From assembly GCA_965199135.1 (NCBI GenBank), contig OZ240685.1:570528-634527 (forward strand): 64,000 nucleotides of DNA, written 5' to 3'. Source of the DNA: Acidobacteriaceae bacterium (GTDB taxonomy: Bacteria > Acidobacteriota > Terriglobia > Terriglobales > Acidobacteriaceae). Position numbers and translations under genes: made by a program. The notes under the pieces are model-generated. The model saw only the letters and a list, made by a program, of their open reading frames with translations. It was not told where the DNA came from and searched no databases. Shown here piece by piece: positions 25,536 to 35,782 of the stretch. Position 1 is the first letter of the stretch, and each line of letters begins with the position of its first letter.

Positions 25536-27449
25536 TTACGCCTCCGTTTGAAGCACAAGCAGGACAGTAGCGGCCCCGGAAATGCGCCAGCCCTTGTCCG
25601 ACACAGGGGACGTGACGCCTCCCCCACCATACCGATGATGGTCGCTGCTCCACTGCACCACCCAGTCGGTACCATGCGGAGCAGCCAGCAGAGGCTCGGG
25701 GCTGTGTGGCAGGTCGAGGTCGCAGCCGAAGTTCACGACCAGCAGCCGATCCGTCTCATCCACCATTCCATCTGGTGCAAAAAAGCGAATCACGAAGCAA
25801 TCCTCGCTGAGCACCGCTCCGTCAAGGCCGCCAGACGCCTGGGTCGACAGCACCGGGTCACTCCGGCGAAGAGCCAGCAGATCCGTATGAAGCGCTGTCA
25901 TTTGCGGGTATCGGGCCTGCTCTGCTGCCTCGAGCCGCGAGTGCCGGAATGCCTCGACGCTCGTCGGGTCAGGCAGGGCATCCTGCGAATCCTTGCTCGC
26001 AAGGCTCGGAAACTGGCCCAGGAAGTCGCGTCTTCCCGTGCGAACAGCCTCCGCAAGCGGTTCGGCATGGTCACAGAAGTAGAGAAATTTGCTTAGCCCC
26101 CCATACTCCTGCCCTTGAAAAAACATCGGCGTGCCGGGCGTGAGGAGCCACATCGCGGTCATCGCGCGGTATACACCAGGGTGGCTACGCGCCCGCACCC
26201 GCGAGCCCGTGTCGGTATTCGCAATCTGGTCGTGATTCTCGAGAAAGGTGATGAAGTGTTGCGGGCCCACCCCGCGCGCGGTGGTGCCGCGCACGTTGCC
26301 CTGCCATGCGTAATACTGTCCCTGAAAGAGATAACCGTACTTGATCGCAGAGACGAACTCCTGCGCGCGTCCAAGATGATCGGAGTAGTACGCCTCGCGG
26401 CGAAGCGTCAGGCGCACCATCATCGAGTGATGCAAGTCATCGTTCCACATGCCGTCCAGGCCATAGCCGCCCTCAGTCACCGGACGGATAAGACGCACTT
26501 CTTGAGGCTCATTCTCGGCGACGATGATGATGTTGCGGAGGCCGGCTGCTTCGCGTGCCGCTTCGCCAATCTCCTGCAGTACATGCTTGCCTAGCCGGCC
26601 ATTGTCCTTGATCGACTGCGTTGCATCGAGCCGCAGACCGTCGAAGTGAAAGTCGCGAATCCAGTACGCCGCATTCTCGACAAAGAAGTTGCGCACCCCT
26701 TCGCAGTTGTCTCCATCGAAGTTGATAGAGTCGCCCCACTCCGTCGCGACTGCTGCAAAGTAGTCCGGGGAGAATTTCGGCAGGTAATTTCCGTCCGGAC
26801 CAAGATGGTTATAGACGACATCGAGAATCACGCCGAGGCCCGTCGCATGGGCAGCCTCGATGAGGTGACGCAGCTCATCCGGAGTGCCATAGCTGTTATG
26901 CGGCGCGAAGAGGTCCACGCCGTCATAGCCCCAGCCGAAGGCTCCCTGGAACTGCGCCAGTGGCATCAACTCCAGCACGGTGATGCCCAGCTCCCGGAGC
27001 CGCGGCAACTCTGCTTCGGCAGCGCTGTACGTGCCACCTTCGGTAAATGTCCCGATGTGCAGTTCATACAGGACCTGGCCCTCGAGCTTGATGCCAGCCC
27101 AACGTGCCTCTTCCGACCGCCACGCGTAGGCAGCAGCATCGACAATCTGCGAAGGCCCATGGGGACCCTCTGGCTGAAAGCGGGACGCCGGGTCAGGATG
27201 GGCTTCCTCACCATCCACCTGCACGCGATATCTTTGGCCGGCCGCAGCATCCGCGATCACCAGGCTCCAGTAGCCATCTTCAGCCTTCTGCATCGGAACG
27301 GATGCGCGGCCATCGATCTGGATCGCAATGGATTTGCACTTGGGGCTCCAGACGGAGAAGCGAACGCCTCCCTCCGGGAGTGGCTGTGCACCAATATCTG
27401 TACGCTTCAGGCTCTTCAACTGCTTATTCACTGCGGGTTCTGTTTGCAT
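25536..27449 (-). CDS. treZ: malto-oligosyltrehalose trehalohydrolase (GH13)
   Basis: N-terminal CBM48-like FSVWSPKCKSIAIQI. YELHIGTFT, GWGYDGV, ILDVVYNHLGPDGNYL, FDGLRLDA and AENE are GH13/TreZ signatures. Confidence 0.85.
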   Translation of the reverse strand: MQTEPAVNKQLKSLKRTDIGAQPLPEGGVRFSVWSPKCKSIAIQIDGRASVPMQKAEDGYWSLVIADAAAGQRYRVQVDGEEAHPDPASRFQPEGPHGPSQIVDAAAYAWRSEEARWAGIKLEGQVLYELHIGTFTEGGTYSAAEAELPRLRELGITVLELMPLAQFQGAFGWGYDGVDLFAPHNSYGTPDELRHLIEAAHATGLGVILDVVYNHLGPDGNYLPKFSPDYFAAVATEWGDSINFDGDNCEGVRNFFVENAAYWIRDFHFDGLRLDATQSIKDNGRLGKHVLQEIGEAAREAAGLRNIIIVAENEPQEVRLIRPVTEGGYGLDGMWNDDLHHSMMVRLTLRREAYYSDHLGRAQEFVSAIKYGYLFQGQYYAWQGNVRGTTARGVGPQHFITFLENHDQIANTDTGSRVRARSHPGVYRAMTAMWLLTPGTPMFFQGQEYGGLSKFLYFCDHAEPLAEAVRTGRRDFLGQFPSLASKDSQDALPDPTSVEAFRHSRLEAAEQARYPQMTALHTDLLALRRSDPVLSTQASGGLDGAVLSEDCFVIRFFAPDGMVDETDRLLVVNFGCDLDLPHSPEPLLAAPHGTDWVVQWSSDHHRYGGGGVTSPVSDKGWRISGAATVLLVLQTEA

Positions 27450-27504
27450 TCCGGTCGTGAGATGCCGATGGCTCCCGCCGCGTCGTCGTCGCTGGTTCCT
27501 TTTC

Positions 27505-28542
27505 TCATCTGCTTATGACGAGTGACGATGCGGTCACCCCGGTGGTTACCGAGGAGGCTCGCACCACCAGCTGCGGCTCCAACAGAACAGACGCCGCCCT
27601 CTCTCCGCCGCGCTTCATCAGTGCCAGCGCAAGCTTCCCCGCAGCAGCGCCAAGTTCCATGACGCGGTGATCAATCGAGGTCAGCGGGGTGCGCAGGTAA
27701 TTTGAGTACCGCAGATTGCCGCAGCCGACAAAGGCGATGTCTCCCGGGATCGAGAACCCCGCCTGCACCGCAGCCTCCATTGCCCCGAGCGCACTCTGAT
27801 CGTTGTAGCAAAACACCGCATCGGGCCGCTGCTGCAAGGCAAGCAGCTGCTGCATGCCGCGATACCCGGCTTCGGCACCCTGGTCTTCGATCGAGTCGAG
27901 AGGCACGACAAACTCTTCGCGATACGGAAGCCCGACGCGATGCAGCACATCCCCGTAGCCTTCGAGCCGTTGCTGCGCCGGGCTCAGCACTCCGCCGGCG
28001 AGATGTGCAATTCTTCGCTTGCCCGTTGCGTAGAGGTGCTCAGTGGCCAGTATTCCTGCAGCCACATCGTCCGAGCCGACAAACTGAGCGTTGGGCCAGG
28101 AATAGTTCCGGTCCACAAGGATCATGGGCGTGATCGCCGCCTCCGGGAGAGGCTGCAGCTCCGGCTGGCAGGAAGCGAGCAGGAGCACGTCCACGCCCCG
28201 ATTCAGCAGGGTTGCGATCTCCTGCACCTCGACGCGTGGGTCTTCATCCGAGGACGCCAGCAGCAACGCGTACTGGTGCTCCCGCAGCGCTCCGCTGAGC
28301 GCTTTCGCAAACTCCGCAAAGAAAGGGTGGATCAGGTCCGGCACCACCAGGCCGATGGTGAAACTGCGGCCACTGGCGAGCCCGCGGGCCAGCATGTTGG
28401 GCTGGTAATTCAGCTCCTGCATACGCTTGAGAACGCGCTCGCGAGTCTTCTCGCTGATCTCCGGCACGCCCCGCAGGACCTTGGAGACTGTGACTGTGGA
28501 GAGATTCAGATCCTTCGCAATGTCTTTGAGGCGAATCCTCAT
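27505..28542 (-). CDS. LacI family transcriptional regulator
   Basis: N-terminal HTH MRIRLKDIAKDLNLSTVTVSKVLRG plus a periplasmic-binding-protein-like sugar-binding core. Confidence 0.9.
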   Translation of the reverse strand: MRIRLKDIAKDLNLSTVTVSKVLRGVPEISEKTRERVLKRMQELNYQPNMLARGLASGRSFTIGLVVPDLIHPFFAEFAKALSGALREHQYALLLASSDEDPRVEVQEIATLLNRGVDVLLLASCQPELQPLPEAAITPMILVDRNYSWPNAQFVGSDDVAAGILATEHLYATGKRRIAHLAGGVLSPAQQRLEGYGDVLHRVGLPYREEFVVPLDSIEDQGAEAGYRGMQQLLALQQRPDAVFCYNDQSALGAMEAAVQAGFSIPGDIAFVGCGNLRYSNYLRTPLTSIDHRVMELGAAAGKLALALMKRGGERAASVLLEPQLVVRASSVTTGVTASSLVISR

Positions 28543-28780
28543 TGCTGCCGCGACCTCCTCACCGAAATTACACGTGCTCCGCGCGCTCTCTTCCGTCGCG
28601 CCATTATCATCGCAGAGACCGAGTGTTCCTGGGCTTGGGGTGAGTCACTGGCTGGAAATTCGAGGGAAGCGAGTCACGATCCCACTTACAGAAGCGCTGC
28701 GGCGCCCGTGTCCAGCAACTCAGGCAGGCGGCCGGTGCTCGTTCAGCTTCAGTTAAGCTCGACTACTTAGACTTGGCTGG

Positions 28781-30160
28781 ATGAGCAGATCCCCCATTCT
28801 ACAGGCCGCCTCCCTCGGGAACTCTGTCGCGGCCGCCGCTCTGCTCCTGACGGCCTCCGGCGTGTGGGCACAATCCGGGACTGCGTCACCCGCCACGGAA
28901 CCAGCTCTCACCCTTCGAGAAGCAATCGCGCTCGCCGAGAAGAACGAGCCCGCCCTTGCCGCCGCCCGCGCAGAGCAGCAGGCGGCCTTGCTCGATCACT
29001 CCATTGCCCGTGCTGCCCTCTTGCCGGGCGTCGTCTACCATAACCAGGTCTTCTACACGCAGCCGAACGGCGCACGCAACGCCGCGGGCGCACTTGGCAC
29101 GCAGCCTGCGCCCGTGTTCATCGCCAACAATGCCGTACGCGAGTATGCAAACCAGGCCTCGATCACCGAAGTCGCCAGCGCAGCGCAGGCAGCCAGCGTG
29201 CGTGCAGCCAGCGCTGCCGCAGCCCGCGCAACCGCCGAGCTTGAAATTGCGCGCCGTGGCGTCGTCGCTGCGACCGCGACCCTGTACTACCAGGTCAGCA
29301 TCGCGGACCGTCGTGTCGGCGCCCTCGATCACGCCCGCCTCGAAGCAGCGCACGTTGTCGACCTGACCACGAAGCGTGAAGCCGCACGGGAGGCCGCCCA
29401 CGCAGATGTCCTGAAGGCGCAGATCACCCTTGCGCAGCGAGAACGCGACCTCGCCGATGGCGTGCTTGCCCGCGACCGTGCGCGCCTGGAGCTTGCCGTA
29501 CTCCTCTTCCCCGATCCCCTGGCTCCCTACACGCTCGCCGAGGCCGCGACGGGAACAGCTCTGCCGTCGTTGCCGGACCTTGAAGCAGCAGCCCGCCACG
29601 GCAACCCCGAGCTCGCCAGCGCGCTGGCCGCGCTGCGGCAGAGCAACGCCGAAGTCGATGCAGCGAAAGCAGCCTACCTGCCCGACCTCGCGCTCAACTT
29701 CACCTATGGCATTGATGCGTCGTACTACGCCACACGCAGCCCGGATGACGGCACCGGCTACAACCCGCGCAATCTCGGCTATTCAATGGCAGCCACCCTC
29801 GACATTCCCGTGTGGAACTGGTTTTCGACGGCGCATCGCGTCAAGCAGAGCGAGATCCGCCGCGATGCTGTTGCCGTTGCGTTGACTGCCGCGCAGAAGC
29901 GCCTCGTCGTGGGTCTGCGCGAGAGCCTCGCGGAAGCCGCCACCGCCGAGACGCAGTTGGCGTCGCTCGACACCTCGGAGCGCGAAGCCGCTGACAGCCT
30001 CGCGCTCACTGAGCTGCGCTACACCGCCGGCGAGGCCACGGTGTTGGAAGTGGTCGACGCTGAAAATACCCTGCTCGCCGCGCAGACCGCGCACGAGGAC
30101 GGGGAGGTCCGTTACAGGGAAGCCCTCACCAACCTCGACATCCTGGCAGGCTCCCTATGA
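28781..30160 (+). CDS. TolC-family outer membrane efflux protein
   Basis: Signal peptide and two OEP repeats with Ala/Leu-rich coiled coils. ATGA overlap with the next gene. Confidence 0.85.
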   Translation: MSRSPILQAASLGNSVAAAALLLTASGVWAQSGTASPATEPALTLREAIALAEKNEPALAAARAEQQAALLDHSIARAALLPGVVYHNQVFYTQPNGARNAAGALGTQPAPVFIANNAVREYANQASITEVASAAQAASVRAASAAAARATAELEIARRGVVAATATLYYQVSIADRRVGALDHARLEAAHVVDLTTKREAAREAAHADVLKAQITLAQRERDLADGVLARDRARLELAVLLFPDPLAPYTLAEAATGTALPSLPDLEAAARHGNPELASALAALRQSNAEVDAAKAAYLPDLALNFTYGIDASYYATRSPDDGTGYNPRNLGYSMAATLDIPVWNWFSTAHRVKQSEIRRDAVAVALTAAQKRLVVGLRESLAEAATAETQLASLDTSEREAADSLALTELRYTAGEATVLEVVDAENTLLAAQTAHEDGEVRYREALTNLDILAGSL

Positions 30161-31425
30161 AGACGCCCGCGGCACTGCTCCTGGCGGCGATCTCCCTTGC
30201 GACAGGCTGCAGCAAAAACACTGCAGAGCAAACACCCGCGACCGCGGTGACCGTCCAGGTAGCGCACCCGGAGATCGGCTCGATCTCGGAGCATATCGTC
30301 GCCGACGCCGTGCTTTCCCCGCTCGCGCGGGCCGCGCTCTCCCCACGCATTTCCGCGCCCGTGCGTCGCTTCTATGTGCAGCGCGGCTCGCATGTGAAAG
30401 CTGGCGAGCTACTCGCAACGCTTGAGAATCGCGATCTCGAAGCTGCAGCACTCGACACGCGTGGCAGCTACACCGCAGCCGAGGCCGCGCTTGCGAGCAC
30501 ACAGGGTGCTCAGGTTCCAGAGGAGACGCAACGCGCCGAACTCGACGTCGCGCAGGCCCGCGCCACCCGCGACCTCGACCAAAGCATCGTGAACTCGCGC
30601 GAGAGCCTGTTTCACCAGGGCGCTATTGCCGGCCGCGATCTCGACACCGCGCGCGCCACACTCCTGCAGGCGCAGGTCGCCTACGATGTCGCAGCCAGGC
30701 ACCTTGCTGCACTCGACGCCGTCAGCCGCGCCGCTACCCTTGCCGAGTCCAAGGGAGCCATGCTCAGCGCGAAGGGAAAATACGAGGGAGCGGAGGCGCA
30801 GGCGGCCTACGCCGAGATCCACAGCCCCATCGCCGGCATCGTGACCGATCGCCCCTTGTTTGCCGGGGAAACAGCCGCCGCTGGCGCACCACTCGTCACC
30901 GTGATGGACACCTCTTCGCTGCTGGCCAAGGTGCATCTGGCGCAGAGCGCCTCGCAGGAGCTCAAGGTCGGCGACCCCGCAAGCATCAGCGTGCGTGGCG
31001 TAGAGACGCCGCTCACTGCAACGGTGTCCCTGGTCAGCCCCGCACTCGATCCAGGCAGTACCACTGTCGAGGTCTGGCTGCGACTCCGCAACACAGACGG
31101 CACGCTCAAGGTGGGCACGCCCGTTCACACCAGCATCACCGGCCACACGGTAGCGCACACGCTGCTTGTGCCTGCGGCCGCGCTTCTGCCAGCGCCCGAT
31201 GGCGGCAGGTACGTGATGCTGCTTGGCAAGGATGGCGCGGCCCACAAACGATCTGTCACTGTCGGCGTTACAGATGCCGACCTCGCGCAGATCACGGCGG
31301 GTCTGTCCGCCAGCGACATAGTGATCACGGGCGGCGCCTATGGCCTCGACGATGGAACCACGGTAAAGGTCGGCGCCCCCGGCAGCGACGAGGATGCAAA
31401 GCCCTCCCCGGGTAGCGGCCCATGA
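30157..31425 (+). CDS. RND efflux periplasmic adaptor (MFP/HlyD family)
   Basis: Lipoprotein-like start (LATGCS), coiled-coil hairpin, and barrel-sandwich hybrid motifs (IHSPIAGIVTDR). ATGA overlap with the RND gene. Confidence 0.9.
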   Translation: MKTPAALLLAAISLATGCSKNTAEQTPATAVTVQVAHPEIGSISEHIVADAVLSPLARAALSPRISAPVRRFYVQRGSHVKAGELLATLENRDLEAAALDTRGSYTAAEAALASTQGAQVPEETQRAELDVAQARATRDLDQSIVNSRESLFHQGAIAGRDLDTARATLLQAQVAYDVAARHLAALDAVSRAATLAESKGAMLSAKGKYEGAEAQAAYAEIHSPIAGIVTDRPLFAGETAAAGAPLVTVMDTSSLLAKVHLAQSASQELKVGDPASISVRGVETPLTATVSLVSPALDPGSTTVEVWLRLRNTDGTLKVGTPVHTSITGHTVAHTLLVPAAALLPAPDGGRYVMLLGKDGAAHKRSVTVGVTDADLAQITAGLSASDIVITGGAYGLDDGTTVKVGAPGSDEDAKPSPGSGP

Positions 31426-34400
31426 GCACCAGCCCACCGGCGACCCCGCCCACCACAGGAGCGCCGCACAAGGAGCATCAGTACTGGCTCCTGAACTTTC
31501 GCGGGCCGATCTTCTTCCTCCTCGCTGCGATGACGATCGCAGGCGTGTACTTCGCCCTGCAGCTGCCGATCTCCGTCTTTCCGGAGACCAGCTTCCCACG
31601 TGTCGTGATCGGCATCGACGATGGTGTCATGCCGGTCGAGCAGATGGAAGTCACCGTCACAAAGCCCATCGAAGACGCGATGAATGCAGTGCCCGGGCTC
31701 GAAACGGTGCGCTCCACCACCAGCCGTGGCTCGGCCGAGGTAAGCCTTTTCTTCCGCTGGAATACCGACATGCAACAAACGCTCGAGCTCGTGAATGCGG
31801 AGCTCGGCACGGTGCGCCGGACGCTGCCCGCAACAGCTGTCCTCACGACCAACCGCCTGACCTTCGCAACCTTCCCCATCCTTGGCTACAGCCTCAGCTC
31901 GCCGACTATGTCACAGACTGCGTTATGGGAGCTTGCCACCTACCAGCTCAAGCCGCCGCTCAACCGCGTCGAGGGGGTGCGCACCGTCACAGTGCAGGGT
32001 GGTGCTGTGCCGGAGTTCCACCTGGTCCCAAACATGGCTCGCATGCAGGCCGCAGGCGTCACCATTCTCGACCTCGTGCAGGCGGTCGACGCCTCGAACA
32101 TAATCGACTCGCCCGGTCTCTACGAAGCCGATCACCAGCTCGTGCTCGGGCTTGTCGGTGCACAGGCGCATGATGCTGCCTCGCTGGGGCAGCTTGCAGT
32201 CAAAGCCACAGCCACGGGCACTGCGGTGCGACTCAGCGATGTCGCCGACGTGAAGCCCGCCGTCGAGCCCGTCTACACCGTGGTCACGGCCAACGGCCGC
32301 CCATCCGTGCTCCTCGAGATTGCACGGCAGCCCACGAGCAACACCGTCGCGGTCGCCGACCGCGTCGCCGCAGAGATCACGCAGCTCAAAAAGACCCTCC
32401 CACCGGGCGTCACACTCACCCCCTTCTACGATCAATCAGACTTGGTCCGCGAGAGCATCCGCAGTGTGCGGGATGCCATCCTGCTCGGCCTGGCACTGGC
32501 CTGCCTGATCCTGTTTCTGTTCCTCCGCGACACCACTGCCTCGCTCATCGCCGGCCTGGTGATCCCTGTAACCGTGGCGATCACAATTGTCTTCCTCTTC
32601 CTTATCGGCCAGAGTTTCAACCTGATGACGCTTGGCGGCCTTGCTGCAGCAATCGGCCTTGTGATCGACGATGCGATCGTAGTCATCGAGAACATCGTGA
32701 TGCACAGGGACCATGGCGAGCGTCCCGTTGCGGCAGTCCGCCTCGCCCTGCGTGAGATCACCAAGCCGCTTATCGGTTCCACAATCACGCCGGTCGTGGT
32801 GTTCCTGCCGCTCGTCGCGGTTTCTGGGGTGACCGGCAGCTTTCTGCGCGCACTTGCCATCACGATGACGGCGGCCCTGCTCACCTCGCTTGCACTTGCA
32901 CTCTCCTTCACGCCTGCCCTGTCGCTCGTCTTTCTACGCGACCGCAAACCGCAGGCGCCTTCCGGAGAAACCCACGGCCCGATCATGACAGGCCTCCTCG
33001 CGGCACACAGCCGCGCCCTCGGCTGGTCGCTCCGCCGCCCGCTCGCACTTGCACTGCTCTGCGCGCTTCTGCCGGTCTGCGCGTGGGTTGGCTACAGGTT
33101 TGTCGGCTCTGACCTGTTGCCCGCGATGGATGAAGGCGCGTTCGTGCTCGACTACATCATGCCCGCCGGCTCCTCGCTCACCGAGACCAACCGCGTTCTT
33201 CAGCATGTTGAGCACATCCTTCATAACACCCCGGAGGTCGAAAGCACCTCGCGGCGCACTGGCCTGCAGATGGGGCTTGCCGCCGTGACAGAGGCCAACA
33301 CCGGCGACATCACGGTGCGGCTCAAGAACAAGCGCGGCCGCGGCATCGACGACATCATGGAAGAAGTGCGCACCACGATCAAAGCGACAGAGCCAGAGCT
33401 CGACGTCGAGTTCACCCAGGTGCTGCAGGATATGATCGGCGATCTTTCAAACTCACCCGAGCCCATCCAGATCAAACTCTTCGCCAGCGATCCGGCCTTG
33501 TTAAACAGCGTCGCGCCAAGGGTGGGCGACGCGCTCAGCCGGATTCCCGGTGTCGTCGATGTCCAGAATGGCATCGACAACACCGTCTCCGGACCAGCGA
33601 CCAACTTCCAGGTCGACCCGTCCGTCGCAGCCCGCCTCGGCTTCACCCCGGCCGAAGTCGCAGAGGACGCAACCTCCATCCTCGACGGCGTCACGGCCAA
33701 CACGCCCGTCATCGCGAATGGCCGCCCCTATACAGTGCGCGTGCGGCTTGGGCCGGAGACGCGACGCTCGCTCGACTCCATGGAGAACACTGTCTTCAAC
33801 AGCAGCACCGGCAAGCTTGCAACGCTCGGGTCGCTTGCCGCTGTCACTGCTCTCCCACCCCAGAATGAAATTCTCCGGGAGAACCTTCAACAACTCGTCA
33901 CCGTCACCGGTCGTCTCGAAGGCTCGGACCTGGGCACCGCGATGAAGAGCGTGCAGCGTACCGTCGCTGCGATGCACCTGCCCGCAAGCGTGCACGTCGA
34001 GTACGGGGGCACGTACCAGGAGCAGCAAAAATCCTTTCACGATCTCGAGCGGGTTCTCCTGCTCTCCCTCGCACTGGTCTTCGGCGTTCTGCTCGTGGAG
34101 TTCCGGTCGTTCTCCGCACCCGCCGCGATCCTCACCTCGTCCATTCTGTCGACCGCAGGTGTTATCGCGGCTCTCCTTGTCACCGGCCTGACTTTCGACG
34201 TGTCGAGCTTCATGGGCCTGATCATGGTCATCGGCATCGTCGCCAAAAATGGCATCCTCCTGCTCGACGCTGACGAGCGGTTCCGTGCAGACGGCCTGGG
34301 CGCAAAGGAAGCAATGACCCAGGCCGTACGACGACGCCTGCGGCCGATCGTGATGACGGCAACGGCCGCAATCTGCGGCATGCTTCCACTGGCCTTCGCA

Positions 34401-34544
34401 TTTGGATCCGGCTCAGAGATGTTGCAGCCGCTCGCCGTCAGCGTGATCGGAGGCCTGCTGATCTCGCTCGTACTGAGTCTTCTCGTGACGCCGGTTGCCT
34501 ACTTCTTCCTGACGCGTCGTCGGCCCGCATACACCGCGCAGTAA
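31422..34544 (+). CDS. RND superfamily efflux permease (AcrB/CzcA-like)
   Basis: 1040 aa with a 12-TM architecture and two large periplasmic loops. Contains AIGLVIDDAIVVIEN and VIGIVAKNGILL motifs. Confidence 0.95.
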   Translation: MSTSPPATPPTTGAPHKEHQYWLLNFRGPIFFLLAAMTIAGVYFALQLPISVFPETSFPRVVIGIDDGVMPVEQMEVTVTKPIEDAMNAVPGLETVRSTTSRGSAEVSLFFRWNTDMQQTLELVNAELGTVRRTLPATAVLTTNRLTFATFPILGYSLSSPTMSQTALWELATYQLKPPLNRVEGVRTVTVQGGAVPEFHLVPNMARMQAAGVTILDLVQAVDASNIIDSPGLYEADHQLVLGLVGAQAHDAASLGQLAVKATATGTAVRLSDVADVKPAVEPVYTVVTANGRPSVLLEIARQPTSNTVAVADRVAAEITQLKKTLPPGVTLTPFYDQSDLVRESIRSVRDAILLGLALACLILFLFLRDTTASLIAGLVIPVTVAITIVFLFLIGQSFNLMTLGGLAAAIGLVIDDAIVVIENIVMHRDHGERPVAAVRLALREITKPLIGSTITPVVVFLPLVAVSGVTGSFLRALAITMTAALLTSLALALSFTPALSLVFLRDRKPQAPSGETHGPIMTGLLAAHSRALGWSLRRPLALALLCALLPVCAWVGYRFVGSDLLPAMDEGAFVLDYIMPAGSSLTETNRVLQHVEHILHNTPEVESTSRRTGLQMGLAAVTEANTGDITVRLKNKRGRGIDDIMEEVRTTIKATEPELDVEFTQVLQDMIGDLSNSPEPIQIKLFASDPALLNSVAPRVGDALSRIPGVVDVQNGIDNTVSGPATNFQVDPSVAARLGFTPAEVAEDATSILDGVTANTPVIANGRPYTVRVRLGPETRRSLDSMENTVFNSSTGKLATLGSLAAVTALPPQNEILRENLQQLVTVTGRLEGSDLGTAMKSVQRTVAAMHLPASVHVEYGGTYQEQQKSFHDLERVLLLSLALVFGVLLVEFRSFSAPAAILTSSILSTAGVIAALLVTGLTFDVSSFMGLIMVIGIVAKNGILLLDADERFRADGLGAKEAMTQAVRRRLRPIVMTATAAICGMLPLAFAFGSGSEMLQPLAVSVIGGLLISLVLSLLVTPVAYFFLTRRRPAYTAQ

Positions 34545-34547
34545 AAA

Positions 34548-34568
34548 GGCCGCGCATCGTGCGCGACC
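34548..34568. terminator. hairpin between the convergent RND and beta-propeller genes
   Basis: ggccgcgca-tcg-tgcgcgacc, a 9-bp stem with one mismatch, preceded by an A run. Confidence 0.4.
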
Positions 34569-34588
34569 CCTGCTCAGAAGACCTCCTC

Positions 34589-35635
34589 TTACTTGCCGAC
34601 CACAATCACCTTGAAGGTTCCAGCAGTCGGCGCAGCGCGCCCACGGGGGTTGCTCGGGCTCGGTTCGGGCTTCGGGCCAAAGTCCGCTGTCACCGTGTAG
34701 GCTCGACCGGTCGCTTCGTCGAAAGCCATTGTGCGTGCGCCGGGCGCTGTCTTCACCGTCTCAAGTACATGCGGAGTCGCGCCCCGCACACTCACAAACG
34801 TCATGTCCCCGGTCCCGCCATTCGACGAGATCGCAAGATCGTCTTTTGCATCGAAGCGGTCTGCATCCGGACCTGCGCCAATGGGCGCCGTGGCAATCAC
34901 CTTGCCTGTGTCCGCGCTGGTGATCGCCATCACATTGCCATCGCACACAGAGAACAAGCGTCGTCCCTTGCGATCGATCGCGAGGCCGGAGGGCGAGTCG
35001 CATCCAGTCAGCGGATAGCTGGCGACAAGCTGGTGCGTCTTTGCATCGAGCTTCACCAGCATGTTCTTGTCTTCGATGTTCGCGAAAACCATGCCCTGTC
35101 CATCTGCCGCCGGGAACTCCGGCTTACCCGGAAGCGCGATCGTGGCCACGATCGTACGGCTCGCAGTATCCAGAACAGAGACATCGCCGCTGCGTCCATT
35201 GAATGCCCAGACCGTCTTTGTCACCGGCTCATAGACGATGCCATCCGGGTTCGTCCCCGCCGGCACACTGGCCACCTTCTGCAAAGTATGGCGATCGAAG
35301 ATGACGATCGCGTTCGCCTTGCCATCGCTGATGTAGCCGTATCTCCCTTCCCCATCAAGCGCAATACCGTGCGTTCCACCCAGGCCGCTGATCGCGCCAA
35401 CAACCTTGCCGTTCTCAGGATCGACAACATCAACCGACGCATTGTGGGCGATGTAGAGCCGGTGCATTGCCGGATCGAACGCGAGGTAATCCCATCCGCC
35501 TTCGCCACCTATGGTGTAAGTGGCGAGCACCTTGTAGGGGCCGGATTGTGCGTGCGCTAAGCCGGTCCCTGCCAGCACACTGCTCACAAGGCATAGGCGG
35601 AGAACAAAAGAGGAAGTCGGGTACATGACGGACAT
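34589..35635 (-). CDS. YncE/YVTN-type beta-propeller repeat protein, secreted
   Basis: Signal peptide and repeated G..P.GIA/D segments. ATG at 35635 has AGGAG 7 nt upstream; the ORF is open to GTG 35665. Confidence 0.75.
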   Translation of the reverse strand: MSVMYPTSSFVLRLCLVSSVLAGTGLAHAQSGPYKVLATYTIGGEGGWDYLAFDPAMHRLYIAHNASVDVVDPENGKVVGAISGLGGTHGIALDGEGRYGYISDGKANAIVIFDRHTLQKVASVPAGTNPDGIVYEPVTKTVWAFNGRSGDVSVLDTASRTIVATIALPGKPEFPAADGQGMVFANIEDKNMLVKLDAKTHQLVASYPLTGCDSPSGLAIDRKGRRLFSVCDGNVMAITSADTGKVIATAPIGAGPDADRFDAKDDLAISSNGGTGDMTFVSVRGATPHVLETVKTAPGARTMAFDEATGRAYTVTADFGPKPEPSPSNPRGRAAPTAGTFKVIVVGK

Positions 35636-35729
35636 GAAAGCTCCTGTGCGCGCCTGCAGGGCCACGCGCTTAGCCCCAAGTCTCGCAGGCTGAGCTTAAG
35701 CTGCGCTGAAGAGAAAACGCCCGCGGATA

Positions 35730-35758
35730 CAAGAAAGCCCCGCCATGTTGGCGAGGCT
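35730..35758 (-). terminator. stem-loop followed by a T-rich tract downstream of the GlsB-like gene
   Basis: On the minus strand agcctcgcc-aacat-ggcggggct is followed by ttcttgt. Confidence 0.45.
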
Positions 35759-35782
35759 CCCAGTGGAAACTCCAGCGGGTAA

